DNA from: an uncultured virus (IMG/VR IMGVR_UViG_3300031111_000236)
Lineage: Duplodnaviria > Heunggongvirae > Uroviricota > Caudoviricetes
IMG/VR virus record: IMGVR_UViG_3300031111_000236
DNA length: 64,000 nt
Reading direction: 5' to 3' (one strand)
A program made the position numbers and the translations under genes. This document shows positions 8,208 through 18,404 of the stretch, one piece after another; position 1 is the first letter of the stretch; each line of letters begins with the position of its first letter. A model generated the notes under the pieces. That model was not told where the DNA came from. It ran no database searches and saw only the letters and a program-made list of their open reading frames with translations.

Positions 8208-9998
8208 ATGAAAGTCCTGAATATAAGGACGGATGAGGTTCCAGCACAGGACCTCTACTCTCTCAATTACTTTCCTCACACTAAGCCGAGGCCACCTCAA
8301 GTAAAGCTCTTACACCTTTTGGAGAAATATGTGGACCACTTCGATAATATCTTTCTACAGGCTCCGCCTGGTATTGGTAAGACGGCCATAGCAGATGCCT
8401 TCTCAAAGTTCTTTATCAGCAGGAAGGAGGGTTCTAAGGCTATCGTACTCGTAGGTCGTAAACAGCTCCTGACACAGTATCGTGATGGTTACAAGTACCA
8501 GGTCTTGATGGGGCAGAATGAGTATCCCTGCATAGCTACTCCCACTCTCATCGACCCTGACGGTATGGGTCAAGGTGTCCGTGTAGATGCGGCCCCGTGC
8601 AAGTACCTCAAGAAGAGGCAGTTCAAGTGTCCTTATGACCCAAGAAATAAGGAGAGCAATGAGGATGTCAAGTGTCCCTATTGGGACCTCCGAGAACGTA
8701 TCGCCAAGATGCCTCTGGCCGCAGTGTCCACGTTGTCTGCTCTGAATATACCTGCTCTTCACGGGCGGGACCTGCTTGTCTGGGACGAGGCAGACAACGC
8801 TTTCCAGGACCTTGTTTCCTATTTCACAGTCAATCTGCATGAGGAGTACTATGCCAAGAGGTACAGGTTCAAGTTCACCAGGGGTATTGACAAGGACAGA
8901 AGGCCCTTGGTCGGTAAGAAGGATTATTGGGACACGGTTATACCTCACCTCATATCTGAGGTAGAGCACGAGATGGACGCAGTTCTCGAAGAACAGCGTA
9001 AGCACATAGCTGGTGGGAACATCAATGAGCGATACCTAATGAACGTCGAGTTCAGGGTTCACAATCTCACAAAAAGGTTATCGAAACTCGTGGAGATACG
9101 TGATATGCTCATGAATTTGCGTCGCAACTTTGTGATATCTCACAACTACGACCCTGACAAGCCAGTAGACTACATGAACTTAGAGTTCAAACCAGTCTCC
9201 GTGGCGAGTGCCGTGAGCGATATACTAACGTCCATAGGGGGTACAAGGGTCTTCATGGGGGCTACGCTCAATCCTCCCCTCTTGGCGAGACAGTTGGGTG
9301 TAGACCCTCAGAGGTCTCTGGTCATCAACTATGTTAAGCACCCTTATCCAGTCGATAACAGGCTCGTCAATCTGGTCCCCGTTGGCTCTATGTCCTACAG
9401 GAACAGGAATGATACTCTCCCCATTCTTGTTAGCGTGATTAATGGGATATTGTCTCATCACAAGGGCCAGGCAGGTCTCATACTTCCTAATTCTAAGTGG
9501 CTTGAGGTAGAGATAGCAAACGGTATAGTGGATGATAGTCGTATTCTTCGTCACAAGAGCACGTCATTCTCGCTCAATAACGCTATCAAGCGTTGGGAGG
9601 GTAGCAGGGATAAGGTCATCATCTCTACGTACATCTCGATGGGCTTTGACGGCTCTCACGGCGATTTCATCATGATACCGAAGGTAGGTTATGCCTCACT
9701 CGGTGACCCGTGGGTACAAGCACGCCTCGCTATCAGAGGGTTTGGGGAACGTGAGTACCAGTGGAACGCTATCAAGGATGCTATCCAGAAGTCGCTGAGA
9801 AGCACGAGGAGCGAGACCGATAAGTCGGTCATCTATCTACTCGATTCTGATTATCTCGCTCTACTCAAAAGGAATAGGGAAGACTGGCTGGAGTGGTACT
9901 TGGAAAGTATCAGGGTTATGTCACCAAGCGACTTCATGCCGAAAGAGGTGGAGCCGCATCGCCCTTCTGCCTTCTCTTCTCGACCTTCGCTCTCTTGA
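8208..9998 (+). CDS. XPD/Rad3/DinG-like SF2 helicase
   Basis: Q motif FPHTKPRPPQ, Walker A APPGIGKT, four Cys in the FeS region, DEAD, MGATL; motif VI is degenerate (QKSLRSTRSETD). Confidence 0.85.
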   Translation: MKVLNIRTDEVPAQDLYSLNYFPHTKPRPPQVKLLHLLEKYVDHFDNIFLQAPPGIGKTAIADAFSKFFISRKEGSKAIVLVGRKQLLTQYRDGYKYQVLMGQNEYPCIATPTLIDPDGMGQGVRVDAAPCKYLKKRQFKCPYDPRNKESNEDVKCPYWDLRERIAKMPLAAVSTLSALNIPALHGRDLLVWDEADNAFQDLVSYFTVNLHEEYYAKRYRFKFTRGIDKDRRPLVGKKDYWDTVIPHLISEVEHEMDAVLEEQRKHIAGGNINERYLMNVEFRVHNLTKRLSKLVEIRDMLMNLRRNFVISHNYDPDKPVDYMNLEFKPVSVASAVSDILTSIGGTRVFMGATLNPPLLARQLGVDPQRSLVINYVKHPYPVDNRLVNLVPVGSMSYRNRNDTLPILVSVINGILSHHKGQAGLILPNSKWLEVEIANGIVDDSRILRHKSTSFSLNNAIKRWEGSRDKVIISTYISMGFDGSHGDFIMIPKVGYASLGDPWVQARLAIRGFGEREYQWNAIKDAIQKSLRSTRSETDKSVIYLLDSDYLALLKRNREDWLEWYLESIRVMSPSDFMPKEVEPHRPSAFSSRPSLS

Positions 9999-10521
9999 TG
10001 CGATACTTGAGCCCTACGTGTTTATCGTCTATCTCCTTATCCCACTGTTCCCTGTTGTAGTGGTCTTCATCCTCGGGCTTGTACGCTATCTTGCAGTGGG
10101 CGATGTAAGCCGCCCTCTTGTACACGTCCTTGATGAGGGTCTTGTAGATGTCGAAAATGAAGGGCTTTAGCCTGTCCGTAAGTGTGCTCGTGATGCACTC
10201 GGTCTCGTCATAGTCGAACTTGCCGTAGATGTGTATAACTTCGTGTATGACCACCGTAAACGTGCTATCAAAGTCGAGGTCCCTCTTGACCATCACCCAC
10301 CCATCTCGCCAGTTGGCTCTACCCCAGGCATCTTTGTCCTTTGACTTGGACTTCGGGGCCTTCCCAAGCCTCCTCTTGTCATTGGTGAGGTAGACCGTCA
10401 CCACGGGGTGCTCAGAGGTCCACTTGTGGTACTCCAGGACTGTAGCGGCGGCATGAAGCATCGCCCTGACCTCTTCCTTGCTCACGAACTCGCACGTACC
10501 CTTGATATCGAAGTTGACCAT
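9934..10521 (-). CDS. Putative HEXXH zinc metallopeptidase-like protein
   Basis: VIHEVIH motif; GTGAT SD. Confidence 0.6.
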   Translation of the reverse strand: MVNFDIKGTCEFVSKEEVRAMLHAAATVLEYHKWTSEHPVVTVYLTNDKRRLGKAPKSKSKDKDAWGRANWRDGWVMVKRDLDFDSTFTVVIHEVIHIYGKFDYDETECITSTLTDRLKPFIFDIYKTLIKDVYKRAAYIAHCKIAYKPEDEDHYNREQWDKEIDDKHVGLKYRIKRAKVEKRRQKGDAAPPLSA

Positions 10522-10525
10522 CGTA

Positions 10526-10882
10526 TCACACCTCTTGTTCCTTTTCTTCCCTGATTATCTCATCTATGATATCGTTGGCTATCTTGGCCACCTCTGGTGT
10601 CCAGTTTCTCTGACTTCTGAGCCACTGGTCGGCCCTGCGTTTGGCGTACATACGGCTGTACATATCCTCCTCACCAGGTATGATTCTGAAGATGTCCCAC
10701 CTGAAGCCGTACTTATTGGCATCAGGGTACTCTCCCTTGAAGAGACCAACTATAAGGAAGCTCTCGCCGTCCCTATAACCGTAGACTCTCTCGTACTGTT
10801 CCAGTCCCAGAGACTTTGGGAAGTCAGCGGGAATCTCGCTATTGCTGAAACTGAACCTTTTCCACTCTGGCAAGTGAATCAT
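10526..10882 (-). CDS. Hypothetical protein
   Basis: Start moved to ATG 10882, which overlaps the upstream stop (ATGA). Confidence 0.65.
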   Translation of the reverse strand: MIHLPEWKRFSFSNSEIPADFPKSLGLEQYERVYGYRDGESFLIVGLFKGEYPDANKYGFRWDIFRIIPGEEDMYSRMYAKRRADQWLRSQRNWTPEVAKIANDIIDEIIREEKEQEV

Positions 10883-11355
10883 CTCCTTTTGTTCTTTGGC
10901 TTGAACCTGATGAAGGCCACGCCGTTGACGCAGACCCACACCCGTCCGTCTTCTGCTATCCTGATGCCGAAGTCTCCCTCGACGATATCGGACTCAAGAG
11001 GGTTCTCGATGGAGATAGTACCCTCCATATGGGTCTCGGGGTAAGGTTGGGCTTTGGGTGTCTTCTTGGGCTTGTAGACGTGGACAGACCACGAGTACCC
11101 CATCTCGGCGATGAGGCCGTGCTCGTGGAACATCTGGTCCCACTTGTCGTGGACCTCTGTCATCCACTGTGTCTCCCAGAAGCGATTCAGAACGCCGTTC
11201 AAGCCGCCCTCTTCGCACGTGAGGGAAAGTATGGCCCCATTACCGTAGGACTCACCTCGGCCCTCCCACTCTTCCTGAGTGTAGAAAACTACAGGCCCGA
11301 GGTCGTGCTCCTCGATGAACGCCTCTACCATCTTCCGTATCTCGTCGGCGTTCAC
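10879..11355 (-). CDS. Hypothetical protein
   Basis: 158 aa, translationally coupled in the operon. Confidence 0.75.
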   Translation of the reverse strand: MNADEIRKMVEAFIEEHDLGPVVFYTQEEWEGRGESYGNGAILSLTCEEGGLNGVLNRFWETQWMTEVHDKWDQMFHEHGLIAEMGYSWSVHVYKPKKTPKAQPYPETHMEGTISIENPLESDIVEGDFGIRIAEDGRVWVCVNGVAFIRFKPKNKRR

Positions 11356-11666
11356 TGGCTATCACCGTCGATGTTCACGTCCACGGTCAGGCTCTTGAGC
11401 TTGACAGTCCTCACGCCGTCCCCGCCCTCGGGTCCTGTGTGGATGAGCACCCTTCCTCTGGAGTTAGGGTCCTCTTTCAGTCTTGTTATAACCTGGGTAG
11501 GCTTGAAGTTGCCTATCTTGAACCTGGTCTCGAAGACGTACTCCTCGCCGTTCTCCTTCCCGTACATCTTCGATACGGTCACGTGCTCGCCCTTGTAGTA
11601 GAGCTGGCTGTCGTCCATGAGCATCTCTTCGGTTGCGTCGGTTATCGGTATCCTCTTCTGTGCCAT
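11352..11666 (-). CDS. Hypothetical protein
   Basis: Start at ATG 11666 after GGTGAT SD. Confidence 0.7.
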   Translation of the reverse strand: MAQKRIPITDATEEMLMDDSQLYYKGEHVTVSKMYGKENGEEYVFETRFKIGNFKPTQVITRLKEDPNSRGRVLIHTGPEGGDGVRTVKLKSLTVDVNIDGDSQ

Positions 11667-11700
11667 CTTGATATCACCACTACCAAGATTGAACCTGAGA

Positions 11701-11742
11701 GTATATATACCCCTCCAGGAAGGGGTCGGTCCTGAAGACAAT
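11701..11742 (-). promoter_or_regulatory. ATTGTCTTC box plus TATA promoter
   Basis: ATTGTCTTC (11742-11734), 24 nt, then TATATATA. Confidence 0.75.
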
Positions 11743-11820
11743 GTACAACTCTCGCCCTGATGAATATATATAAGTGTTTCTCTGAAACGTTATATAAAGG
11801 CATGATACTCATAGACGTAT

Positions 11821-12738
11821 ATGTCGTGGCCATGCAATCCCTCTCGCCACTCCCTCTCAGCCAGGGGTATCCCGAGTCAGTCATCGTTCGGTTACAAGCC
11901 AGACAGTGTTAAGAATAATATCTGGAACGGTAACAGCCTTACCAATGGTGAGATTCTGACTTTCTTGGAGCACCCAGAGAAGGTTGAGGCTGTTATCGGC
12001 CCTGCCCCTCTTGAGTTGCCTACCCTTTTGATGTCGAAGAAGAGTATGCCTACGAAAAAGGGTATCGAGAGTATGGAGAATTTTGCGGCCATGTATGGCA
12101 AGAGTCTCAAGACTTCCGAGGTGAAGCCAGACATATTTCTCGACCTGATAGCAAACAGTCGGCACGGTCTAAATCATGTATTGTATTATCTTTCTAACGG
12201 TGACCCCGAGGTCATACGCCAGAACCAGAGTCTGAGAGAGGCAATAATGGTGTACATACTGGCGAATCTTCAGAATCGGAGCTTCTGGGAGAGGAGGGAC
12301 TACCTTTATATCAATACTCTATCTGCGGAGGAGAAGTACATAATCGTGCCCAAGCTCTTTGATAACTTTGATGCGGCTGAGTACGTTGGCGACAAGTACA
12401 ACGACCTTTTCAAACTAACGCTGGTGGGAACCAATGACAAGGAGTACGCACTCTTGCGCCCTATGTTCGATAAGTACGGTAAGATTTATAATCTCAAGCC
12501 AGTGCTGAGCGATAAATTCGCAGAGCATCATAGCAAGACGAAATACATCTTCCACAGGGGGTTCTCGGGTCCTACAGACGTAGTTAAAGCTGACTTTGTA
12601 TCTACTGGTGATGGGGAGCCTTATTTCACTGCACCGAGAGACCTTTTATGGAATCATCATACGCACGTGAACATGAGACAGCTACCCCCTCAGATTAAGG
12701 CTGAGCTGGAGAAGGAGTGGCAGGAGTCAGATAAATGA
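11821..12738 (+). CDS. Leader-tagged PDFLLD-family paralogue
   Basis: MSWPCNPSRHSLSARGIPSQSSFGYKP; KPDIFLD; NQSLREA; leaderless transcript after TTATATAA. Confidence 0.85.
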   Translation: MSWPCNPSRHSLSARGIPSQSSFGYKPDSVKNNIWNGNSLTNGEILTFLEHPEKVEAVIGPAPLELPTLLMSKKSMPTKKGIESMENFAAMYGKSLKTSEVKPDIFLDLIANSRHGLNHVLYYLSNGDPEVIRQNQSLREAIMVYILANLQNRSFWERRDYLYINTLSAEEKYIIVPKLFDNFDAAEYVGDKYNDLFKLTLVGTNDKEYALLRPMFDKYGKIYNLKPVLSDKFAEHHSKTKYIFHRGFSGPTDVVKADFVSTGDGEPYFTAPRDLLWNHHTHVNMRQLPPQIKAELEKEWQESDK

Positions 12739-13736
12739 CATGGGACAGTGAGAGTATGAGGCACGGCCTCTGTCGTAGAGGCATCTCAAACGCACGGTCC
12801 TTCGGGTATCGTCCAAACTTTGTCCTTGTGAGAGTGCCTGGTGAGAGTCATGAGATGAGTAACAGCCAGCTATCTAAGTTCTTGACTGACCCAGAGGCTG
12901 TAGAAGGTATAGAGAACAAGTACCTGTCGATACCAGCCATAGGTCACACACAGGAATCAGCGGTCACGGACAAGAGCATAGAAAAGATGCAAGACTTTGA
13001 GAAGAACTATTGGGGTAAGCTCAAGGACTCAGATATAGAGCCAGATTTCTTTCTTGACCTTTACGGTATGGAGGAGTATCGTGGTCTGAGCTATGTGCTC
13101 TACTACATATCTAATGGTAACGCTGACAAGCTAAGGGAGCATGAGAGTATTCGTTCTGCTATTATTGTCTACATGATGACCAACGCAGACAGTAAACTCT
13201 TCTGGGAACGTGGTGACTACGAGTACATAGCGGTGCTCACGCCTCAAGAAAAAGCGATTCTCATACCCAAGCTCTTGAAGAGTGTTCGTAGTGTCGGTGA
13301 ACTGCATGGTATGTTCAGATGGGAGTCTATGGTGAACAACATATTCATGCTTTCTACCGCTGGTCTTGATGACTCTAACTATAAGCTCATCAAGCACTTC
13401 TTCGAGAAATTCGCAGAGGATAACCCAGATATGATGGAGTATAGTGACCAGTTATTTGGGAAGGCAGACTATCCGCAGAATATCGAGCTGATGGACAAGT
13501 ATCACGACAAGACCAAGGTCATCTACTGGAAGTATTATAACGATGAGTTCAAGAGAGAGCGTGTAGGTTACAAGGTGGTTGCTGACACTGACGACATCGA
13601 GTTGTACAAGGAGATGAACCTTTTCGGTGCACCGAGCAATCTCAGAGGTTGGACCGAGAACCACTTCAATGATGAACAGGCCCCCAGGCTCGTGTGGCGT
13701 GAGATATCCGAGCCTAACTTCAGGAGGAAGCTCTGA
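12735..13736 (+). CDS. Leader-tagged PDFLLD-family paralogue
   Basis: MTWDSESMRHGLCRRGISNARSFGYRP; EPDFFLD. Confidence 0.85.
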   Translation: MTWDSESMRHGLCRRGISNARSFGYRPNFVLVRVPGESHEMSNSQLSKFLTDPEAVEGIENKYLSIPAIGHTQESAVTDKSIEKMQDFEKNYWGKLKDSDIEPDFFLDLYGMEEYRGLSYVLYYISNGNADKLREHESIRSAIIVYMMTNADSKLFWERGDYEYIAVLTPQEKAILIPKLLKSVRSVGELHGMFRWESMVNNIFMLSTAGLDDSNYKLIKHFFEKFAEDNPDMMEYSDQLFGKADYPQNIELMDKYHDKTKVIYWKYYNDEFKRERVGYKVVADTDDIELYKEMNLFGAPSNLRGWTENHFNDEQAPRLVWREISEPNFRRKL

Positions 13737-14734
13737 TGTCCTGGGATAAGGAACCCGCTCGCCACTCTCTGTCATCAAGAGGTATAGGGCACGCCAAGTC
13801 GTTTGCGCTCAAGCCGAACATGGTGCGACTCGCTATGAAGAAGGAGGATGTCAAGGCTGGAAACCAGGCCGACCTTCTGAGGTTTGCTACTAACCCCGAG
13901 AGTTATGAGTCTCGCTACAGCCAGGACAAACCTCTCTGGTTCAAATGGAACCCTAAGAAGGCCAACAACTACAGGAAGCAACAGAACGACAGGTTCAGAA
14001 GTGCGAAGTTCGAACCAGACTTCCTATTGGATATGTTCGAGCCAAACGAGAAAGAAAGGTATGGCTCTGGCGGCGACCTCTTGTACCAGTTGACTGCTGG
14101 TGACTCTGTTGAGTTCTTGAGGAACCAGTCACTGAGAGATGCGGTTATTGTCCACCTACTCGCCAACAGTGATAAAAACCACTTCTGGTGGAATCAGGAT
14201 TGGGCCTACATAGGTATGCTGTACAAGCACGAGCGACTCGCTGTGATTGACAAGATGCTCAAGGGTCTCGTAAAACAAGAGCCGAGGTTGGCTTTTCTGT
14301 ATCTTGAGAAGTTCTATGCCGCCGCTCTCTGTGGTCTCTACAAGGAGGGCGACCTGATACGTAAGAAATTCCAAGCCGCTGGTAAGACCCTACCCGATAT
14401 GGAGGTCAAGAGTGGCGGTATGTGGGGCAACCCACAAGGTTACTGGATGTCAGTAGTGAACAATGATGATAGCGTTTACTACAAAGAGCGTGACAGACTC
14501 AAGGTTATGATAGGTCACCCTGACTCCATCTGGGGTGCGGACGTTAACATCATACCGACTATTCACTTCACTGGCAAGACATACTATGAACTCATGCTTG
14601 CGATACACGGGGGTCATGAAGGAGTTCATGACTACATCGAGGAGATGAAAGACAAGATACATCGGAGAGGGTGGTTCTTTCCAGTACAGGAGATGCCTAT
14701 GGACATGAGACGTGCCTTGGAGGTGAAAGAGTGA
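13736..14734 (+). CDS. Leader-tagged PDFLLD-family paralogue
   Basis: MSWDKEPARHSLSSRGIGHAKSFALKP; EPDFLLD. Confidence 0.85.
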   Translation: MSWDKEPARHSLSSRGIGHAKSFALKPNMVRLAMKKEDVKAGNQADLLRFATNPESYESRYSQDKPLWFKWNPKKANNYRKQQNDRFRSAKFEPDFLLDMFEPNEKERYGSGGDLLYQLTAGDSVEFLRNQSLRDAVIVHLLANSDKNHFWWNQDWAYIGMLYKHERLAVIDKMLKGLVKQEPRLAFLYLEKFYAAALCGLYKEGDLIRKKFQAAGKTLPDMEVKSGGMWGNPQGYWMSVVNNDDSVYYKERDRLKVMIGHPDSIWGADVNIIPTIHFTGKTYYELMLAIHGGHEGVHDYIEEMKDKIHRRGWFFPVQEMPMDMRRALEVKE

Positions 14735-15768
14735 CCTGGCATAGGGACCCTCTTGGGCATGGTCTTACGTCTCGTGGTGTTCAAATTAAAAGGTCGTTTG
14801 GGTACAAGCCCGATTTCATACACCAGAATCACGTTAAGCTCGATGGCAAGGATGTCAAACCTTTACCCCCTCGTGAGATGTACGAGTTGATGACCGACCC
14901 CGAGTCTGTCGAAAATCGGTATAGGGTCGTATTCCTTTCCACCAATTTCGAGCGTGGTCCTGGCCTCCCACGAACAGCGGAGGCGAAAGAAGAGATGGCG
15001 AAGTTTGCTCGCAAGTACGGCGAGGCCATGAAGACTGTAGATGTCGAACCAGATTTCCTGCTTGATACCATAAAGGTAAAAGGCTTGGGGAACGAAGGTG
15101 GGGCGGCCCCTGTACTGTACTTTGTCAGCAATGGCAATCCAGATATCATAGCGTCGAACGAAAGTCTTCGAACGGCTATCATAGTTTACTTCCTATCGGA
15201 GGCTGACGACCAGTACTTCTGGCGTGATAAGAACTTTGCGTATCTGAGTGCCTTGTCACCAGAGGAGCGCATGGTAGTAGTCCCAAGACTGATTAGGAAA
15301 CTCAGAGACATAGGTGCTAATGACCCTCGGGTATATAGTAGACATCTCAAGGACTTCTTCATGGTTTCAACATCTGGCATTGACGATGCGAGCTATAAGG
15401 TCATACGCAAGGATTTCGTCGGCTTGGTCGTGGAGCTTGAGAACGACGAAGACTTCATGAAGCGCAAAAGTTCAGATGCTCTTATCAAGAACATGACCAA
15501 CCTCTTGGAGACAATGGACTACTCGCACTCCAAGACCAAGACTATTTTCTACAGGAGATACGCTAACAGGATTCGCTTCAGTACTGTAGTCGATACTGAT
15601 GATGAGAAAGACCGCAAGTACATGAGAGATGCCTACCCAATCTTACTCACTAACGAGTCACAGGTTTATCAGGCTCTGCATGGTGATATTACCGAGTGGC
15701 AGAAAGTAGCTCATATCAACAGGGACCAGTTGCCGAAACTGGTAGAGAAAAATCTCTTCGAGGAGTAG
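14731..15768 (+). CDS. Leader-tagged PDFLLD-family paralogue
   Basis: GTG start at 14731 (GGAGGTGA SD, GTGA overlap): MTWHRDPLGHGLTSRGVQIKRSFGYKP; EPDFLLD. Confidence 0.85.
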   Translation: MTWHRDPLGHGLTSRGVQIKRSFGYKPDFIHQNHVKLDGKDVKPLPPREMYELMTDPESVENRYRVVFLSTNFERGPGLPRTAEAKEEMAKFARKYGEAMKTVDVEPDFLLDTIKVKGLGNEGGAAPVLYFVSNGNPDIIASNESLRTAIIVYFLSEADDQYFWRDKNFAYLSALSPEERMVVVPRLIRKLRDIGANDPRVYSRHLKDFFMVSTSGIDDASYKVIRKDFVGLVVELENDEDFMKRKSSDALIKNMTNLLETMDYSHSKTKTIFYRRYANRIRFSTVVDTDDEKDRKYMRDAYPILLTNESQVYQALHGDITEWQKVAHINRDQLPKLVEKNLFEE

Positions 15769-15790
15769 GGTAGACTTTGGAGGACTGGAG

Positions 15791-16756
15791 ATGACATGGG
15801 ATAGGGAGCCAGCACGACACTCGCTTTCGAGGCGTAGGATACCGAACCAGGCTTTCGGTTATAAGCCAAACTTTGTTCACTATGCCCCAAACATATTCAG
15901 TAGGGACGACAAAGAACGAAGGATGCTATCTACTCAAGATGTTTACACACTGATGACGGACCCGACTACTATCGAGAGCAAGTACACTGAGGTAGCTGTA
16001 CCCATGCGGATAGGTGCGGACCTTCGTGACAAGTTCATGACCATATTCAAGGAGTCGTATCGGAAGAAGATGGTAGACGCTGATATTCAACCCGACTTCC
16101 TCTTGGATACATATCAGCGTAATGCAGGGACTCCCACAGGTGGAGGTGCATCTCCGTTCCTCTATTTCATATCAGGCGGCAACGGTAACGTGCTTCGTAA
16201 GAACGAGAGTATAAGGGAGGCCATCCTGGTCTATATGCTCGCATACGGCGATAAAGGGTTCTTCTGGGACAACGGGGAATACATCTACATCGGTGTCCTG
16301 TCACCGCAAGAGAAGATGGTAGTTTTACCCAAGCTCCTGGACATGATGAAGAGGTACGTTGACACCACAGGGAAGTTAGACACGTACCAATATCACATAG
16401 CTAAGCTCTTATCTCATACGATGGCTGGTGTCAACGATAAGGATTATGCTGTTCTCAGGAAGATGTTTTCAGACTTCATGAGTCCTATGACGAACAGTAA
16501 AGTACCGCCTTTCATGAAGGCCGCCAGGTATTATGAGTGGGAAGTTCAAGGTATGGACGAACATCACAAGCGCACTAAGGTGGTCTACTGGATACCCCTA
16601 AAGAAGGACGGTATAGACAGCACAGTAGTACCCAATACCAACGACGAAGAGATATACGAGAGTATGTTGTCCTGGTATTCGGCCAGTGATATTGATTTTT
16701 ACTCTCATTTAAACAAGAACCAGATACCAAAACTTTCAAGGAGAGGGTTAGAGTGA
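15791..16756 (+). CDS. Leader-tagged PDFLLD-family paralogue
   Basis: MTWDREPARHSLSRRRIPNQAFGYKP; QPDFLLD. Confidence 0.85.
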   Translation: MTWDREPARHSLSRRRIPNQAFGYKPNFVHYAPNIFSRDDKERRMLSTQDVYTLMTDPTTIESKYTEVAVPMRIGADLRDKFMTIFKESYRKKMVDADIQPDFLLDTYQRNAGTPTGGGASPFLYFISGGNGNVLRKNESIREAILVYMLAYGDKGFFWDNGEYIYIGVLSPQEKMVVLPKLLDMMKRYVDTTGKLDTYQYHIAKLLSHTMAGVNDKDYAVLRKMFSDFMSPMTNSKVPPFMKAARYYEWEVQGMDEHHKRTKVVYWIPLKKDGIDSTVVPNTNDEEIYESMLSWYSASDIDFYSHLNKNQIPKLSRRGLE

Positions 16757-17625
16757 CGTGGACAAAAGACCAGGAACGTCACAGGATGGCAAGCAGGTCA
16801 ATAAGAAGCAAGATGGGTACAAGGTCTTTACCCCCTCTTGACCCGAGGGTATTCGCTGTGCAGGTAATCGAAAAGCAGACAAGTAGCCAAGAGATGCTGA
16901 AGAGTGACGAGTTACCTGTTCCTGCTCCTGTTAATGAGTATATCCACACAGTCATGACCAACTCGGGAATGGACGCTGAAATGAACGAGGACGGGACTAT
17001 CACCGCCTATCTCACGGAGGAACAGTACAGTGAGCTGAAGACGTTGCTCACAGCTCTCGGAGTGTCGGCTCTTTCCGTAGCGAGCGTAGTTTCGAGAGAG
17101 CGCAAAGCGAGAGGTCGTCAGAAGACTATCCAAACCAGGACAGAGAGAGCACGTCTTACATCGAAACAGATGCAGAACTTCGAGAAGAGGCTACAAATGA
17201 CAGCTAAGCAGGAGAGGTTGACCAAGGCGCAAATACAGAAGGTTATTCGCCAGACTCGTATCATGAATAAGAACGCACAGCTCACTACGGAGGCCGCCGC
17301 TAACGCCGCCAAGAGAGGACATCTGACAGTCAAGGAGGCCCGTATAGTCAGTGGTCAGATACAGAAGGCTGGTGTGACATCTACAAAGGTGTCTCAGGGT
17401 GCGAGAAACAAGGTCCATATCAACACAGCTCGGATGACAAATGCTGAGCGAGCAAGAGTACAGAAGAGGCTCACTAACGTGGCATGGATGAAACATCGTA
17501 GAGGTGTTAGGAGAAGGCGTGGTGTTGCTGTCGGGTTGATACCTGGTGACATGAATCTCGCTGACGTAGTATATCTACCTATTAACCAGGTAGTCACAGC
17601 AACTGGTACGAGGGCTATCGGTTAG
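16753..17625 (+). CDS. Leader-tagged protein with a very basic C-terminal half
   Basis: MTWTKDQERHRMASRSI leader; short hydrophobic segment followed by an R/K/Q/T-rich region. Confidence 0.8.
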   Translation: MTWTKDQERHRMASRSIRSKMGTRSLPPLDPRVFAVQVIEKQTSSQEMLKSDELPVPAPVNEYIHTVMTNSGMDAEMNEDGTITAYLTEEQYSELKTLLTALGVSALSVASVVSRERKARGRQKTIQTRTERARLTSKQMQNFEKRLQMTAKQERLTKAQIQKVIRQTRIMNKNAQLTTEAAANAAKRGHLTVKEARIVSGQIQKAGVTSTKVSQGARNKVHINTARMTNAERARVQKRLTNVAWMKHRRGVRRRRGVAVGLIPGDMNLADVVYLPINQVVTATGTRAIG

Positions 17626-17664
17626 CCCCGAAAGTTTATATAGTTCACTCTCGTAATCTCGACT

Positions 17665-18348
17665 ATGGACCAGAAGAAGAAAGTCAAAATCATGATGTTG
17701 CTCGAAGGGGCTACTAATCTCGCAGAGAGGTTTGGAGTAAGACCAGAGGACGTGATACTTGGTGTATCGACAGGGTTAAATGAAAGGCTCGACGAGCACT
17801 TCGACAACGAATATTCCAACTACCTGGTGGATGTCGGTAGTGTCATGATAGTTAGGAAAGAGGACACGCCGACTGTTGTAGTGACGGATGATGAGATGTT
17901 CAAAGTCGAAGACTTCGAAGAGCTACCGAATGGCCTATCTTTCTCTATACTTGCTACGGAAAAGTGCTTACCTTTCCGTGTGACCAACGAGCAAGATGAC
18001 GGAATCAGGCCCGACCTTCTTAAATACAATCGTGACTTCAGAGGAGATGACTTTTTTAATACACTGAAAAAGCACGTCAGTAGGGACATGGAACTCATGC
18101 CTAACTTCTCTGGTGTTAAGACACTGGTGTCTGTCAGCGACGTTGAGGGAGATAACATAGAGCTTGGGTCTTTCGCATTGAATATATCGCATGACACAGA
18201 GGTCCCTCTGGAGAGGATAGGCAGGTTCGGAGAGAAGGTCTACAACTCGGTTTACAAGGCTATAGAAAGCGTAAGCCCCGACAAGGAAGTTGTGGTTTTC
18301 AGAGAGCTGAAGTTCAAACACTATTTCGTGTACAAGGTCCCTGCGTGA
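17665..18348 (+). CDS. Hypothetical protein
   Basis: 227 aa; TTTATATA about 22 nt upstream. Confidence 0.75.
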   Translation: MDQKKKVKIMMLLEGATNLAERFGVRPEDVILGVSTGLNERLDEHFDNEYSNYLVDVGSVMIVRKEDTPTVVVTDDEMFKVEDFEELPNGLSFSILATEKCLPFRVTNEQDDGIRPDLLKYNRDFRGDDFFNTLKKHVSRDMELMPNFSGVKTLVSVSDVEGDNIELGSFALNISHDTEVPLERIGRFGEKVYNSVYKAIESVSPDKEVVVFRELKFKHYFVYKVPA

Positions 18349-18404
18349 TGATATATAATTGTTTCTCCTAACAGTTATATACAGACTCTTCTTTTTTATA
18401 GTCA